In this document: in pieces, positions 6,605-14,900 of the stretch
Numbering within the stretch: position 1 is the stretch's first letter
How the letters are laid out: each line of letters opens with the position of its first letter
UHGV virus genome: UHGV-1341913
Strand: one strand, 5' to 3'
Length of the DNA: 27,453 nt
Origin: a virus
Position numbers and translations under genes: made by a program
The notes under the pieces: model-generated
What the model was told of the DNA's origin: nothing
The model's input: only the letters and a program-made list of their open reading frames with translations
Database searches by the model: none

Positions 6605-8061
6605 TTCTTAAAATTCTGAATGAAATAGCATCTATTGGATCAACTAAGCAGAAGCAAGCAATTCTTGAAAAGAATAAAGATAATGAATTGCTTAAACGAG
6701 TATATCGTCTGACTTATTCTCGTGGGCTACAGTATTATATCAAGAAATGGCCTAAACCTGGTATTGCTACCCAGAGTTTTGGAATGCTGACTATTACCGA
6801 TATGCTGGACTTCATTGAGTTCACGTTAGCTACTCGGAAATTAACTGGCAATGCAGCAATTGAGGAATTAACTGGATATATCACTGATGGTAAAAAGGAT
6901 GATGTTGAAGTTTTGCGTCGAGTTATGATGCGAGATCTTGAATGCGGTGCTTCAGTATCTATTGCAAATAAAGTTTGGCCAGGTTTAATTCCTGAACAAC
7001 CTCAAATGCTGGCAAGTTCTTATGATGAAAAAGGCATTAATAAGAATATCAAGTTTCCAGCCTTTGCGCAGTTAAAAGCAGATGGAGCTCGGTGTTTTGC
7101 TGAAGTCCGAGGCGATGAATTAGATGATGTTCGTCTTTTATCACGAGCTGGTAATGAATATCTAGGATTAGATCTTCTTAAGGAAGAGTTAATCAAAATG
7201 ACTGCAGAAGCCCGCCAGATTCATCCAGAAGGTGTGTTAATCGATGGCGAATTAGTATACCATGAGCAAGTTGAAAAGGAGCCAGAAGGCCTAGATTTTC
7301 TTTTTGACGCTCCTGAAATCAGTAAAGCTAAAGAGTTTTCCGAAGTAGCTGAATCACGTACTGCTTCTAATGGAATCGCCAATAAATCTTTAAAGGGAAC
7401 TATTTCAGAAAAAGAAGCTCAATGCATGAAGTTTCAGGTCTGGGATTATGTCCCATTAGTAGAAATATATGGTCTTCCGGCGTTTCGTTTAAAATATGAT
7501 GTACGTTTTTCTAAACTAGAACAAATGACATCAGGATATGATAAAGTAATTTTAATTGAAAACCAGGTAGTAAATAACCTAGATGAAGCTAAGGTAATTT
7601 ATAAAAAATATATTGACCAAGGTCTTGAAGGTATTATTCTCAAAAATACCGATGGATTGTGGGAAAATGCTCGTTCAAAAAATCTCTATAAATTTAAAGA
7701 AGTAATTGATGTTGATTTAAAAATTGTAGGAATTTATCCTCACCGTAAAGACCCTACTAAAGCAGGTGGATTTATTCTTGAATCAGAGTGTGGAAAAATT
7801 AAAGTAAATGCTGGTTCAGGCTTAAAAGATAAAGCCGGTGTAAAATCGCATGAACTTGACCGTACTCGCATTATGGAAAACCAAAATTATTATATTGGAA
7901 AAATTCTAGAGTGCGAATGTAATGGTTGGTTAAAATCTGATGGCCGCACTGATTACGTTAAATTATTTCTTCCGATTGCGATTCGTTTACGTGAAGATAA
8001 AACTAAAGCTAATACATTCGAGGATGTATTTGGTGATTTTCATGAGGTAACTGGTCTATGA
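6601..8061 (+). CDS. 30: ATP-dependent DNA ligase
   Basis: 486-aa ORF with the adenylation motif KADGAR (lysine in QLKADGARCF). Sequence recognised as T4 DNA ligase (MILKILNEIASIGSTKQKQAILEKNKDNELLKRVYRLTYSRGLQYYIKKW...). Confidence 0.95.
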   Translation: MILKILNEIASIGSTKQKQAILEKNKDNELLKRVYRLTYSRGLQYYIKKWPKPGIATQSFGMLTITDMLDFIEFTLATRKLTGNAAIEELTGYITDGKKDDVEVLRRVMMRDLECGASVSIANKVWPGLIPEQPQMLASSYDEKGINKNIKFPAFAQLKADGARCFAEVRGDELDDVRLLSRAGNEYLGLDLLKEELIKMTAEARQIHPEGVLIDGELVYHEQVEKEPEGLDFLFDAPEISKAKEFSEVAESRTASNGIANKSLKGTISEKEAQCMKFQVWDYVPLVEIYGLPAFRLKYDVRFSKLEQMTSGYDKVILIENQVVNNLDEAKVIYKKYIDQGLEGIILKNTDGLWENARSKNLYKFKEVIDVDLKIVGIYPHRKDPTKAGGFILESECGKIKVNAGSGLKDKAGVKSHELDRTRIMENQNYYIGKILECECNGWLKSDGRTDYVKLFLPIAIRLREDKTKANTFEDVFGDFHEVTGL

Positions 8062-8246
8062 AAGCTTACTTAGAAACAATTGTCGTGGCTCAAAAAGAAG
8101 GTGGAGATGTTTCTACTTCTGTATCACAAATTATGATTGAATTTATAGATGCATATGCTTATAATAAATTCACAGAAACATTTGATACCTATGAAAAAGG
8201 TCCAAAGTTTGAAATATATCGTACTCTCTTACCAATAGATTATTAA
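8058..8246 (+). CDS. hypothetical protein
   Basis: 62-aa ORF overlapping the ligase stop (ATGA) and ending at a terminator-like hairpin. Confidence 0.45.
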   Translation: MKAYLETIVVAQKEGGDVSTSVSQIMIEFIDAYAYNKFTETFDTYEKGPKFEIYRTLLPIDY

Positions 8247-8262
8247 AGGCCTTCGGGCCTTT
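8245..8262 (+). terminator. UUCG-loop hairpin, possible terminator or RNA-stability element
   Basis: AAAGGCC-TTCG-GGCCTTT followed by AATTTT, separating the early ligase operon from the late alt promoter. Confidence 0.5.
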
Positions 8263-8267
8263 AATTT

Positions 8268-8275
8268 TATAAATA
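8268..8275 (+). promoter_or_regulatory. T4 late promoter TATAAATA (alt)
   Basis: Exact TATAAATA about 20 nt upstream of the alt ATG. Alt is a virion-packaged late protein in T4. Confidence 0.65.
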
Positions 8276-8295
8276 GAATAAACACTAGAGAGGAT

Positions 8296-10392
8296 ATGAT
8301 GGAACTCATTACAGAATTATTTGACGAAGATACTACTCTTCCGATTACAAACTTAAATCCAAAGAAGAAAATACCGCAAATTTTTTCAGTTCATGTTGAT
8401 GACGCAATTGAACAACCAGGCTTTCGTTTGTGTACCTATACATCTGGAGGTGATACTAATCGCGATTTAAAGATGGGCGATAAAATGATGCATATTGTTC
8501 CTTTTACATTAACTGCTAAAGGTTCAATTGCTAAATTAAAAGGTCTCGGTCCAAGCCCAATTAATTACATCAATTCAGTTTTTACTGTTGCAATGCAAAC
8601 GATGCGTCAGTATAAAATTGATGCCTGTATGCTCCGTATTCTTAAGTCTAAAACTGCTGGTCAAGCTCGTCAAATTCAACTTATTGCTGATAGACTTATC
8701 CGCAGTCGTTCAGGTGGCAGATACGTCCTTCTTAAGGAACTCTGGGATTACGATAAAAAGTACGCATATATTCTTATACATCGCAAAAATGTATCATTAG
8801 AAGACATTCCAGGAGTTCCGGAAATTAGTACAGAGCTCTTTACTAAAGTTGAATCGAAGGTCGGCGATGTTTATATCAATAAAGATACCGGAGCTCAAGT
8901 AACTAAAAATGAGGCCATTGCAGCATCTATTGCGCAAGAAAACGATAAACGTTCTGACCAAGCTGTAATCGTTAAAGTTAAAATTTCCCGTAGAGCAATT
9001 GCACAAAGTCAATCATTAGAATCTTCTAGATTTGAAAGTGAATTATTCCAGAAGTATGAATCTACCGCAGCTAATTTCAATAAACCTGCTACCGCTCCTT
9101 TAATTCCCGAAGCAGAAGAAATGAAACTTGGAATTAATTCATTAGCTTCTAAAACCAAGGCAGCAAAAATTATTGCCGAAGGAACCGCAAATGAACTTCA
9201 TTATGATTATAAATTCTTTTCAAAAAGTGAGGTTGATGAAGTTTCTGAAAAGATTAAAGATGTAATTCTTAATGCGATTAAAAATGAACCAACTACTTCA
9301 ATAAAATGTTTAGAGAAATACGCAGCAGCTGTTAATCAATTCTTTGAAGAATATAAAGATAATTGGCTTGATAAACACAATAAAACTCGTAAAGGACAGA
9401 CAGATGAAGTCTGGGAAGAAATAACTAAAAATTCCTGGAACGCAGCAAAAACTAAATTCCTCAAAAGAATGATTTATAGCTTTTCTGGAATTGGTGCAGG
9501 TCCAATGATTGATATTACTATTGCCCGCGATGGTTCTAAATATACTCCATCACAAAAGCGCGGCATTAGAGAGTATTGTGGTTCAGGATATACTGACATC
9601 AATAATCTTCTTTTAGGACGCTACAATCCAGAACGATATGATGTAATGAGTGAAAAAGAAATTGAATCTGCGATAAATAATTTAGATTCAGCCTTTGAAA
9701 ATGGTGACCGTATACCAGAAGGCATTACAGTTTATCGTGCTCAAAGCATGACTGCTCCTATATACGAAGCACTAGTTAAAAATAAAGTGTTCTATTTCAG
9801 AAATTTTGTATCTACTTCTTTAACTCCTATCATTTTTGGACGTTTTGGAATTACGCATGCTGGTATTGGTCTTTTAGAACCAGAAGCTCGTAATGAATTG
9901 ACAGTTGATAAAAATGAAGAAGGAATAACTATTAATTCAAACGAAATAAGAGCGTATAAAGAAAATCCCGAATACGTTAAAGTTCAAATAGGATGGGCAA
10001 TTGATGGAGCTCATAAAGTTAATGTTGTATATCCAGGAAGCCTCGGAATAGCAACAGAAGCTGAAGTTATTCTACCACGCGGATTGATGGTCAAAGTTAA
10101 TAAAATAACTGATGCTTCTAATAATGACGGAACAACATCTAATAATACAAAACTCATTCAAGCTGAAGTTATGACTACGGAAGAACTCACTGAATCAGTA
10201 ATTTATGACGGTGACCGTCTAATGGAAACTGGTGAAGTAGTTGCAATGACAGGTGATATTGAAATAGAAGACAGAGTTGACTTTGCATCATTTGTTTCAT
10301 CAAATGTTAAACAAAAAGTAGAATCATCTCTTGGAATTATTGCATCTTGCATAGATATTGCAAGCATGCCTTACAAGTTCATTCAAGGATAA
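8296..10392 (+). CDS. alt: ADP-ribosyltransferase Alt (virion-packaged; modifies host RNA polymerase)
   Basis: 698-aa ORF (an alternative start at 8299 gives MELITELF, the T4 Alt N-terminus as I recall it). C-terminal region carries the R-S-E class ART motifs: YRAQ, FVSTSL, EAEVILPRG. RBS agagagga. Confidence 0.88.
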   Translation: MMELITELFDEDTTLPITNLNPKKKIPQIFSVHVDDAIEQPGFRLCTYTSGGDTNRDLKMGDKMMHIVPFTLTAKGSIAKLKGLGPSPINYINSVFTVAMQTMRQYKIDACMLRILKSKTAGQARQIQLIADRLIRSRSGGRYVLLKELWDYDKKYAYILIHRKNVSLEDIPGVPEISTELFTKVESKVGDVYINKDTGAQVTKNEAIAASIAQENDKRSDQAVIVKVKISRRAIAQSQSLESSRFESELFQKYESTAANFNKPATAPLIPEAEEMKLGINSLASKTKAAKIIAEGTANELHYDYKFFSKSEVDEVSEKIKDVILNAIKNEPTTSIKCLEKYAAAVNQFFEEYKDNWLDKHNKTRKGQTDEVWEEITKNSWNAAKTKFLKRMIYSFSGIGAGPMIDITIARDGSKYTPSQKRGIREYCGSGYTDINNLLLGRYNPERYDVMSEKEIESAINNLDSAFENGDRIPEGITVYRAQSMTAPIYEALVKNKVFYFRNFVSTSLTPIIFGRFGITHAGIGLLEPEARNELTVDKNEEGITINSNEIRAYKENPEYVKVQIGWAIDGAHKVNVVYPGSLGIATEAEVILPRGLMVKVNKITDASNNDGTTSNNTKLIQAEVMTTEELTESVIYDGDRLMETGEVVAMTGDIEIEDRVDFASFVSSNVKQKVESSLGIIASCIDIASMPYKFIQG

Positions 10393-10395
10393 ATC

Positions 10396-12453
10396 ATGGA
10401 ACTTATTACAGAATTATTTGACGGCGCTTCGGCGCCGGTTGTTAACTTAAATCCTAAGCATAAAATACCTCAAATTTTTGCTATTCAAGCCGGTGAAGAA
10501 AGCGTGCTTCCTGGATTTAGATTTTGTACATACACCTCCGGTGGTGATACAAATAAAAACGTTAAGCCAGGCGATAAAATGATGCATATCGTAATGATAG
10601 GTGTCAATGAGAAACTATCATTAGTTAAACTTAAAAACTTGGGTGGAAATCCAATTGGTGTCATTAATGCGGTTTTTGATACTGCTCTTCAAACAATGAA
10701 ACAGTATAAAATTGACGCATGCCTATTCCGCGTACTAAAAAGTAAAACAAATGGCGCTGCTCGTCAGATGCAAGTTATTGCTGACCGTTTAGTACGTACT
10801 AAAGGAGCAGGTCGATATGTTCTTTTAAAGGAAATCTGGGATTACGATAAAAAGTATGCATATATTATGGTTTACCGTAAAAATGCCAATTTAGAAGACA
10901 TTCCAGGTGTACCTCCTATTTCAACTGAGTTATTCACAAAAGTTGAATCAAAGGTTGGTGATGTTTATGTAGATGTTAAAACAGGTAATGCTGTTCCTAA
11001 AGCTGTTGCTGTTGCTGCTTCTATTGCTTTAGAAAATGATAAGCGCACGGATCAAGCTGTTATTCAGAAAACTAAAATTAGTCGTCGATTAGCAGCACAA
11101 GCTCAATATTCTACTGTCGATGCTTCGCTACAGGGTGATAGCTTCGCTGCCAAGAAATATCAAGAGTTTGAATCTAAAGTTCCGGTATATAAAGCAGAAG
11201 GACCAATGAACTCTGGCGTTATTCAGATTGGTTCCAACTTCAGCAAAGGAGCTATCGGTGGTATGAGAAGTGCTTCTCGTTTTAAATCTAACGATTATGA
11301 ACTAGAAAGCTTCCGAAATCATATTGCATTGGCCCATGCACGTTTACGTGATCCGTCTATCAGACTGCAGAGCGATATAACACATCAAGGTTCTCAAGAA
11401 TATTTAAAGAATAAAGAATTTTTTGATTATAAAACCGATAAAATTTTGAGCGATCTCGCTGACATTAATATTTCTAATAGCTTTGATGTTATTAAGAAAA
11501 TTATCAATGATTTAGTTAAAGGTTCTAAAGCCACACCAGACGAAAAGGTAGCTATTATTCAATTTGTCATGAATGGCATTTATAAATTGATTAATGAATC
11601 TGCTGCTCAGGCATATGAATATGCAAGCACCGAAGTAACTCCAAAAGGACTGACTCAGGCTGAGTCTGATGTAATTGAAGATTATTGTGCAGATTCATAT
11701 GTTGAAATGAACTCGTTCCTCTTGGGTAAACCAGATTCTACCCGTGAAGAATACATGGAACGAGCTATTAAACACATCGAGACGCTGGATTCTGCATTCG
11801 CCAAAGGATCAGTTCTTCCTCCAGGAACTACGCTTTATCGTGGGCAAGAAGTTACTTTTAAAACTTTACGTCATAATATTGAAAATAAAATGTTCTATTT
11901 CAAGAACTTCGTATCCACGTCGCTTAAACCAAATATCTTCGGTGAGCATGGTAAAAACTATATGGCTCTAGATGATTCCGGCGCAGTATTTTCTGGTGAA
12001 GGAGAAGGTTCTGTTGATGCTGAAGATTTAATGCATATGGGTAGTCATTCTGCATATGCTAATGAAGATGCTGAAGCTAGCGTAGGTATGGTAATTAAAG
12101 GGGCTGAGCGAATCAAAGTTATCGTTCCAGGTCATTTATCAGGATTTCCATCAGAAGCTGAAGTTATTCTACCGCGTGGAATTTTGTTGAAGATTAATAA
12201 AGTAAGCACGTACATGATGAAAGAAACTGCCTATAACAAGTATCTAATCGAAGGCACAATCGTTCCTCCTTCTGAACAATTAGAAGAATCGGTATATGAT
12301 GGCGATCATCTAATGGAAACTGGTGAAGTTCGTCCAATGGCTGGGTTTAATCAATTCCTTGTAGAAGAATCAAAAGAAGAGGAAACTGAAGTTTCTCAAA
12401 TCTTGGCTTCTTTGGTTAACATCAACGGAATGTCTAAAAAGTTCAAGATGTAG
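10396..12453 (+). CDS. Alt-like ADP-ribosyltransferase paralog (intact second copy)
   Basis: 685-aa ORF starting 3 nt after the alt stop. The N-terminal ~230 aa are clearly homologous to Alt (MELITELFDG..., KIPQIF, GFRFCTYTSGGDTN, KQYKIDAC, GRYVLLKE, WDYDKKYAYI). ART motifs retained: YRGQ, FVSTSL, EAEVILPRG. Confidence 0.8.
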   Translation: MELITELFDGASAPVVNLNPKHKIPQIFAIQAGEESVLPGFRFCTYTSGGDTNKNVKPGDKMMHIVMIGVNEKLSLVKLKNLGGNPIGVINAVFDTALQTMKQYKIDACLFRVLKSKTNGAARQMQVIADRLVRTKGAGRYVLLKEIWDYDKKYAYIMVYRKNANLEDIPGVPPISTELFTKVESKVGDVYVDVKTGNAVPKAVAVAASIALENDKRTDQAVIQKTKISRRLAAQAQYSTVDASLQGDSFAAKKYQEFESKVPVYKAEGPMNSGVIQIGSNFSKGAIGGMRSASRFKSNDYELESFRNHIALAHARLRDPSIRLQSDITHQGSQEYLKNKEFFDYKTDKILSDLADINISNSFDVIKKIINDLVKGSKATPDEKVAIIQFVMNGIYKLINESAAQAYEYASTEVTPKGLTQAESDVIEDYCADSYVEMNSFLLGKPDSTREEYMERAIKHIETLDSAFAKGSVLPPGTTLYRGQEVTFKTLRHNIENKMFYFKNFVSTSLKPNIFGEHGKNYMALDDSGAVFSGEGEGSVDAEDLMHMGSHSAYANEDAEASVGMVIKGAERIKVIVPGHLSGFPSEAEVILPRGILLKINKVSTYMMKETAYNKYLIEGTIVPPSEQLEESVYDGDHLMETGEVRPMAGFNQFLVEESKEEETEVSQILASLVNINGMSKKFKM
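10422..10437 (+). other. GC-only UUCG-tetraloop hairpin embedded in the coding sequence
   Basis: CGGCGC-TTCG-GCGCCG, a perfect 6-bp G/C stem, lies 26-41 nt downstream of the paralog ATG and encodes G-A-S-A-P. The first alt copy has unrelated sequence at the equivalent position. Confidence 0.5.
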
Positions 12454-12482
12454 TTTACAAGTCCCTCGTGTTGTGTTATAAT
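12453..12482 (+). promoter_or_regulatory. T4 early-type promoter (GTTTAC -35, TATAAT -10)
   Basis: GTTTAC at 12453..12458, then TATAAT at 12477..12482 (18-nt spacer), immediately after the alt-paralog stop and upstream of the 12514 ORF. Confidence 0.55.
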
Positions 12483-12513
12483 AATCTTACTAACATAACA
12501 TGAGGAACACAAA

Positions 12514-12804
12514 ATGAAATCTTCTTTACGCTTTTTAGGTCAAGAACTTGTAGTTGAAGGCGTTATTCCTGCTGATAACGCTTTTAATGAAGCAGTTTAT
12601 GATGAATTTATCAAAATTTTTGGAACAGATAAAAAGTTCGGAATTTTTCCTTCTGAAAATTTTTCAAAGCCAGAACAGACTGAAAGCATTTTCCAAGGTG
12701 TAGTAACAGGTAAATTTGAGTCAGAAGCTCCGGTAAAAATTGAAGTTTATATTGAAGACAGTTTAGTTGCTTCAGTTGCTGCTTTTATTTCATTCCGTAA
12801 ATAA
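12514..12804 (+). CDS. hypothetical protein
   Basis: 96-aa ORF with RBS tgagga, sitting between its own promoter and a bidirectional terminator hairpin. Confidence 0.55.
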   Translation: MKSSLRFLGQELVVEGVIPADNAFNEAVYDEFIKIFGTDKKFGIFPSENFSKPEQTESIFQGVVTGKFESEAPVKIEVYIEDSLVASVAAFISFRK

Positions 12805-12808
12805 AAAT

Positions 12809-12830
12809 ATGGGGACCTTTCGGTCCCCAT
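12809..12830. terminator. bidirectional terminator hairpin between convergent genes
   Basis: ATGGGGACC-TTTC-GGTCCCCAT (9-bp stem) between the + strand ORF ending at 12804 and the - strand gene 54 ending at 12833. Confidence 0.65.
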
Positions 12831-12832
12831 TG

Positions 12833-13798
12833 TTATATTGCTCCTAATATTTTACTTTGCGAATTGACAATTCCTGTCATAGTATTAATGTTTGAAATGC
12901 TTCCAGCAGTTCCCCCTAATCTACTAAGTCGTGAAAGCGAATTAGATAATCCAGTAACGCCTCCACTATTTCCGAGAACGCTTTGAATACCGTTTATAGC
13001 AGCAGATTCAAGCCATTCAAGGGCAGCTTGTCTATCAACTGCTCCAGCCTGCATGACTCTATACGCAAAAGTAACATCAAATGTAGTTATTTGGTTATCT
13101 CCATCATATGATAACTCAGGAGCGCTCACTGACACTGGAATGCATCCGGTGAACATCACTGCAGTATGAGGTAATCCATTACGAGCATGAAGATTAACCT
13201 GAATATCTGCCTCGACATCTTGTGGCAAAGCACGCAGTCCAGTTACTGGGTCTTGAACAGCGTTAACCCAGTCTTGCATTGCACGATAGTTACAAGCTTC
13301 TGAATCCATTCTAAATGAAATAACCAAAGGGTCTAATTCTCTCCCAGTTATACGAATATTAGGAGAGTTATAGTTCCAGTCAGTTTCATAGGATAATCTA
13401 TTCTCTGGCATTTTTACAGAATATATCATCAATCCAGACGAGTTATATGCCATGTTAAAGAAGTCAATTAAATATGTACCGACTGTAAATGAGCCCAATA
13501 AACTTTGAACTGTACGTTGACTCATGGCACCAATAAGATATTTACTAACCCCTGATTTTCTTATCAGTTTTTGTGTGCCAGCAGTAATTAGCGTGGTAAT
13601 TCCCTGATTAATATCGCCTTGAGTCAATCCTAACCAATCTGAATTTAGACCCAAGTTATTATAAGAAAAGTTGCTAATTGAACTTATCAACGAAGAGCTT
13701 TTAGTTGATGGAGTTGTCGCAAAAACGCAGCTAAACATATTATTACGTTGGAAATCTGCGTTTATTGCTTGATTATTAAATTCCTCTAAAGAATACAT
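12833..13798 (-). CDS. 54: baseplate tail-tube initiator
   Basis: 321-aa ORF. Position and length match T4 gp54 in the conserved 54-48-29-28-27-51 block. Start overlaps the gp48 stop. Confidence 0.85.
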   Translation of the reverse strand: MYSLEEFNNQAINADFQRNNMFSCVFATTPSTKSSSLISSISNFSYNNLGLNSDWLGLTQGDINQGITTLITAGTQKLIRKSGVSKYLIGAMSQRTVQSLLGSFTVGTYLIDFFNMAYNSSGLMIYSVKMPENRLSYETDWNYNSPNIRITGRELDPLVISFRMDSEACNYRAMQDWVNAVQDPVTGLRALPQDVEADIQVNLHARNGLPHTAVMFTGCIPVSVSAPELSYDGDNQITTFDVTFAYRVMQAGAVDRQAALEWLESAAINGIQSVLGNSGGVTGLSNSLSRLSRLGGTAGSISNINTMTGIVNSQSKILGAI

Positions 13799-14892
13799 TA
13801 AAAAGTCCCCGCATATAAAGAAGCACGATTTAACGTGATAATTTCTCTCATAGTAATCTCAAGAGTAAATGTACTAGGGAGGTTTGGAGCAATAGCTAAT
13901 CCGTTAAAATTACCATTCGGAGTTTTATCAAATCTAATACTTTGAATTTGACACGGTCCAAACACTTCTGTTTTTCCGTCAAATTTAGAAGTTGCGCCAA
14001 AGTTTTTAACCATCCAAATTGTCGGGTTTGAAACTACAAGAACGTTAGTTAAACTCGATGTCATTTTCTCAAATAACGTCTTATTTTTAACTGCATCTTC
14101 TGGAGTTAATGGCTCAATAAAAGTAGAGCGATACCACTCATCTAGATATCCTTTTATTTCAGCAGCATATTGAGATTTACCCGTTTCACCATAAGAAAAA
14201 TAGTTAAAATATTGATAGATATTAATAATAGCCATTAAATCTTCTGTGGAACGCGGAGTCAAATCCCAAGTGAACACTTTAGTTCTATTCTCAGCACCAC
14301 CATACATACTTCTGGCTGTCGTATAAATCTGTTCATTATTATCAGCCATTATACCTTGTGTTATACTTTCCAGTGCTCCAAATACTGCAGTTGAAGCCAT
14401 ATTGCTTAACACGCCAGTAGCAGTACCTCCACCTTTTGTAATAAGACTATCTTGAACATCGTTAAATCTATGTGATGATGTATCAACATCGGATTTAGAT
14501 CTCGGTAAAAGAATATTTGCAACAGGAACTTTACTTATTGTTCCTGAATTATTATCTGATATTAATCCATTTGACAGTTTTGATACTGTATTACTGATAG
14601 TGTTTCTGGCTGTACGTAAAATACTAGAAGATGAAGAAGAGTAGTTAGATCTCATCGTTCTGAGACTTCCAGAATCCCTAGATGACATATTGTATGCAGT
14701 AAATAATAATCCATTCTTATATAGATCTGTTACCTGGAAGTCCCCTGTAGTGTCATTCCCACTAGCACGCCCAGTTGGAAACTGGGCTGTGTATGTTTTA
14801 GTTCCTACTTCTGATTTAGTACTCTGTCCGGCTGAAATTTTCTCACCGGACTTTTTGATTAAATCAGCAGTTATTTCTTTAACAATTGCCAT
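13798..14892 (-). CDS. 48: baseplate tail-tube cap / junction protein
   Basis: 364-aa ORF. Length and position match T4 gp48. Confidence 0.85.
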   Translation of the reverse strand: MAIVKEITADLIKKSGEKISAGQSTKSEVGTKTYTAQFPTGRASGNDTTGDFQVTDLYKNGLLFTAYNMSSRDSGSLRTMRSNYSSSSSSILRTARNTISNTVSKLSNGLISDNNSGTISKVPVANILLPRSKSDVDTSSHRFNDVQDSLITKGGGTATGVLSNMASTAVFGALESITQGIMADNNEQIYTTARSMYGGAENRTKVFTWDLTPRSTEDLMAIINIYQYFNYFSYGETGKSQYAAEIKGYLDEWYRSTFIEPLTPEDAVKNKTLFEKMTSSLTNVLVVSNPTIWMVKNFGATSKFDGKTEVFGPCQIQSIRFDKTPNGNFNGLAIAPNLPSTFTLEITMREIITLNRASLYAGTF

Positions 14893-14900
14893 ATTATTCC

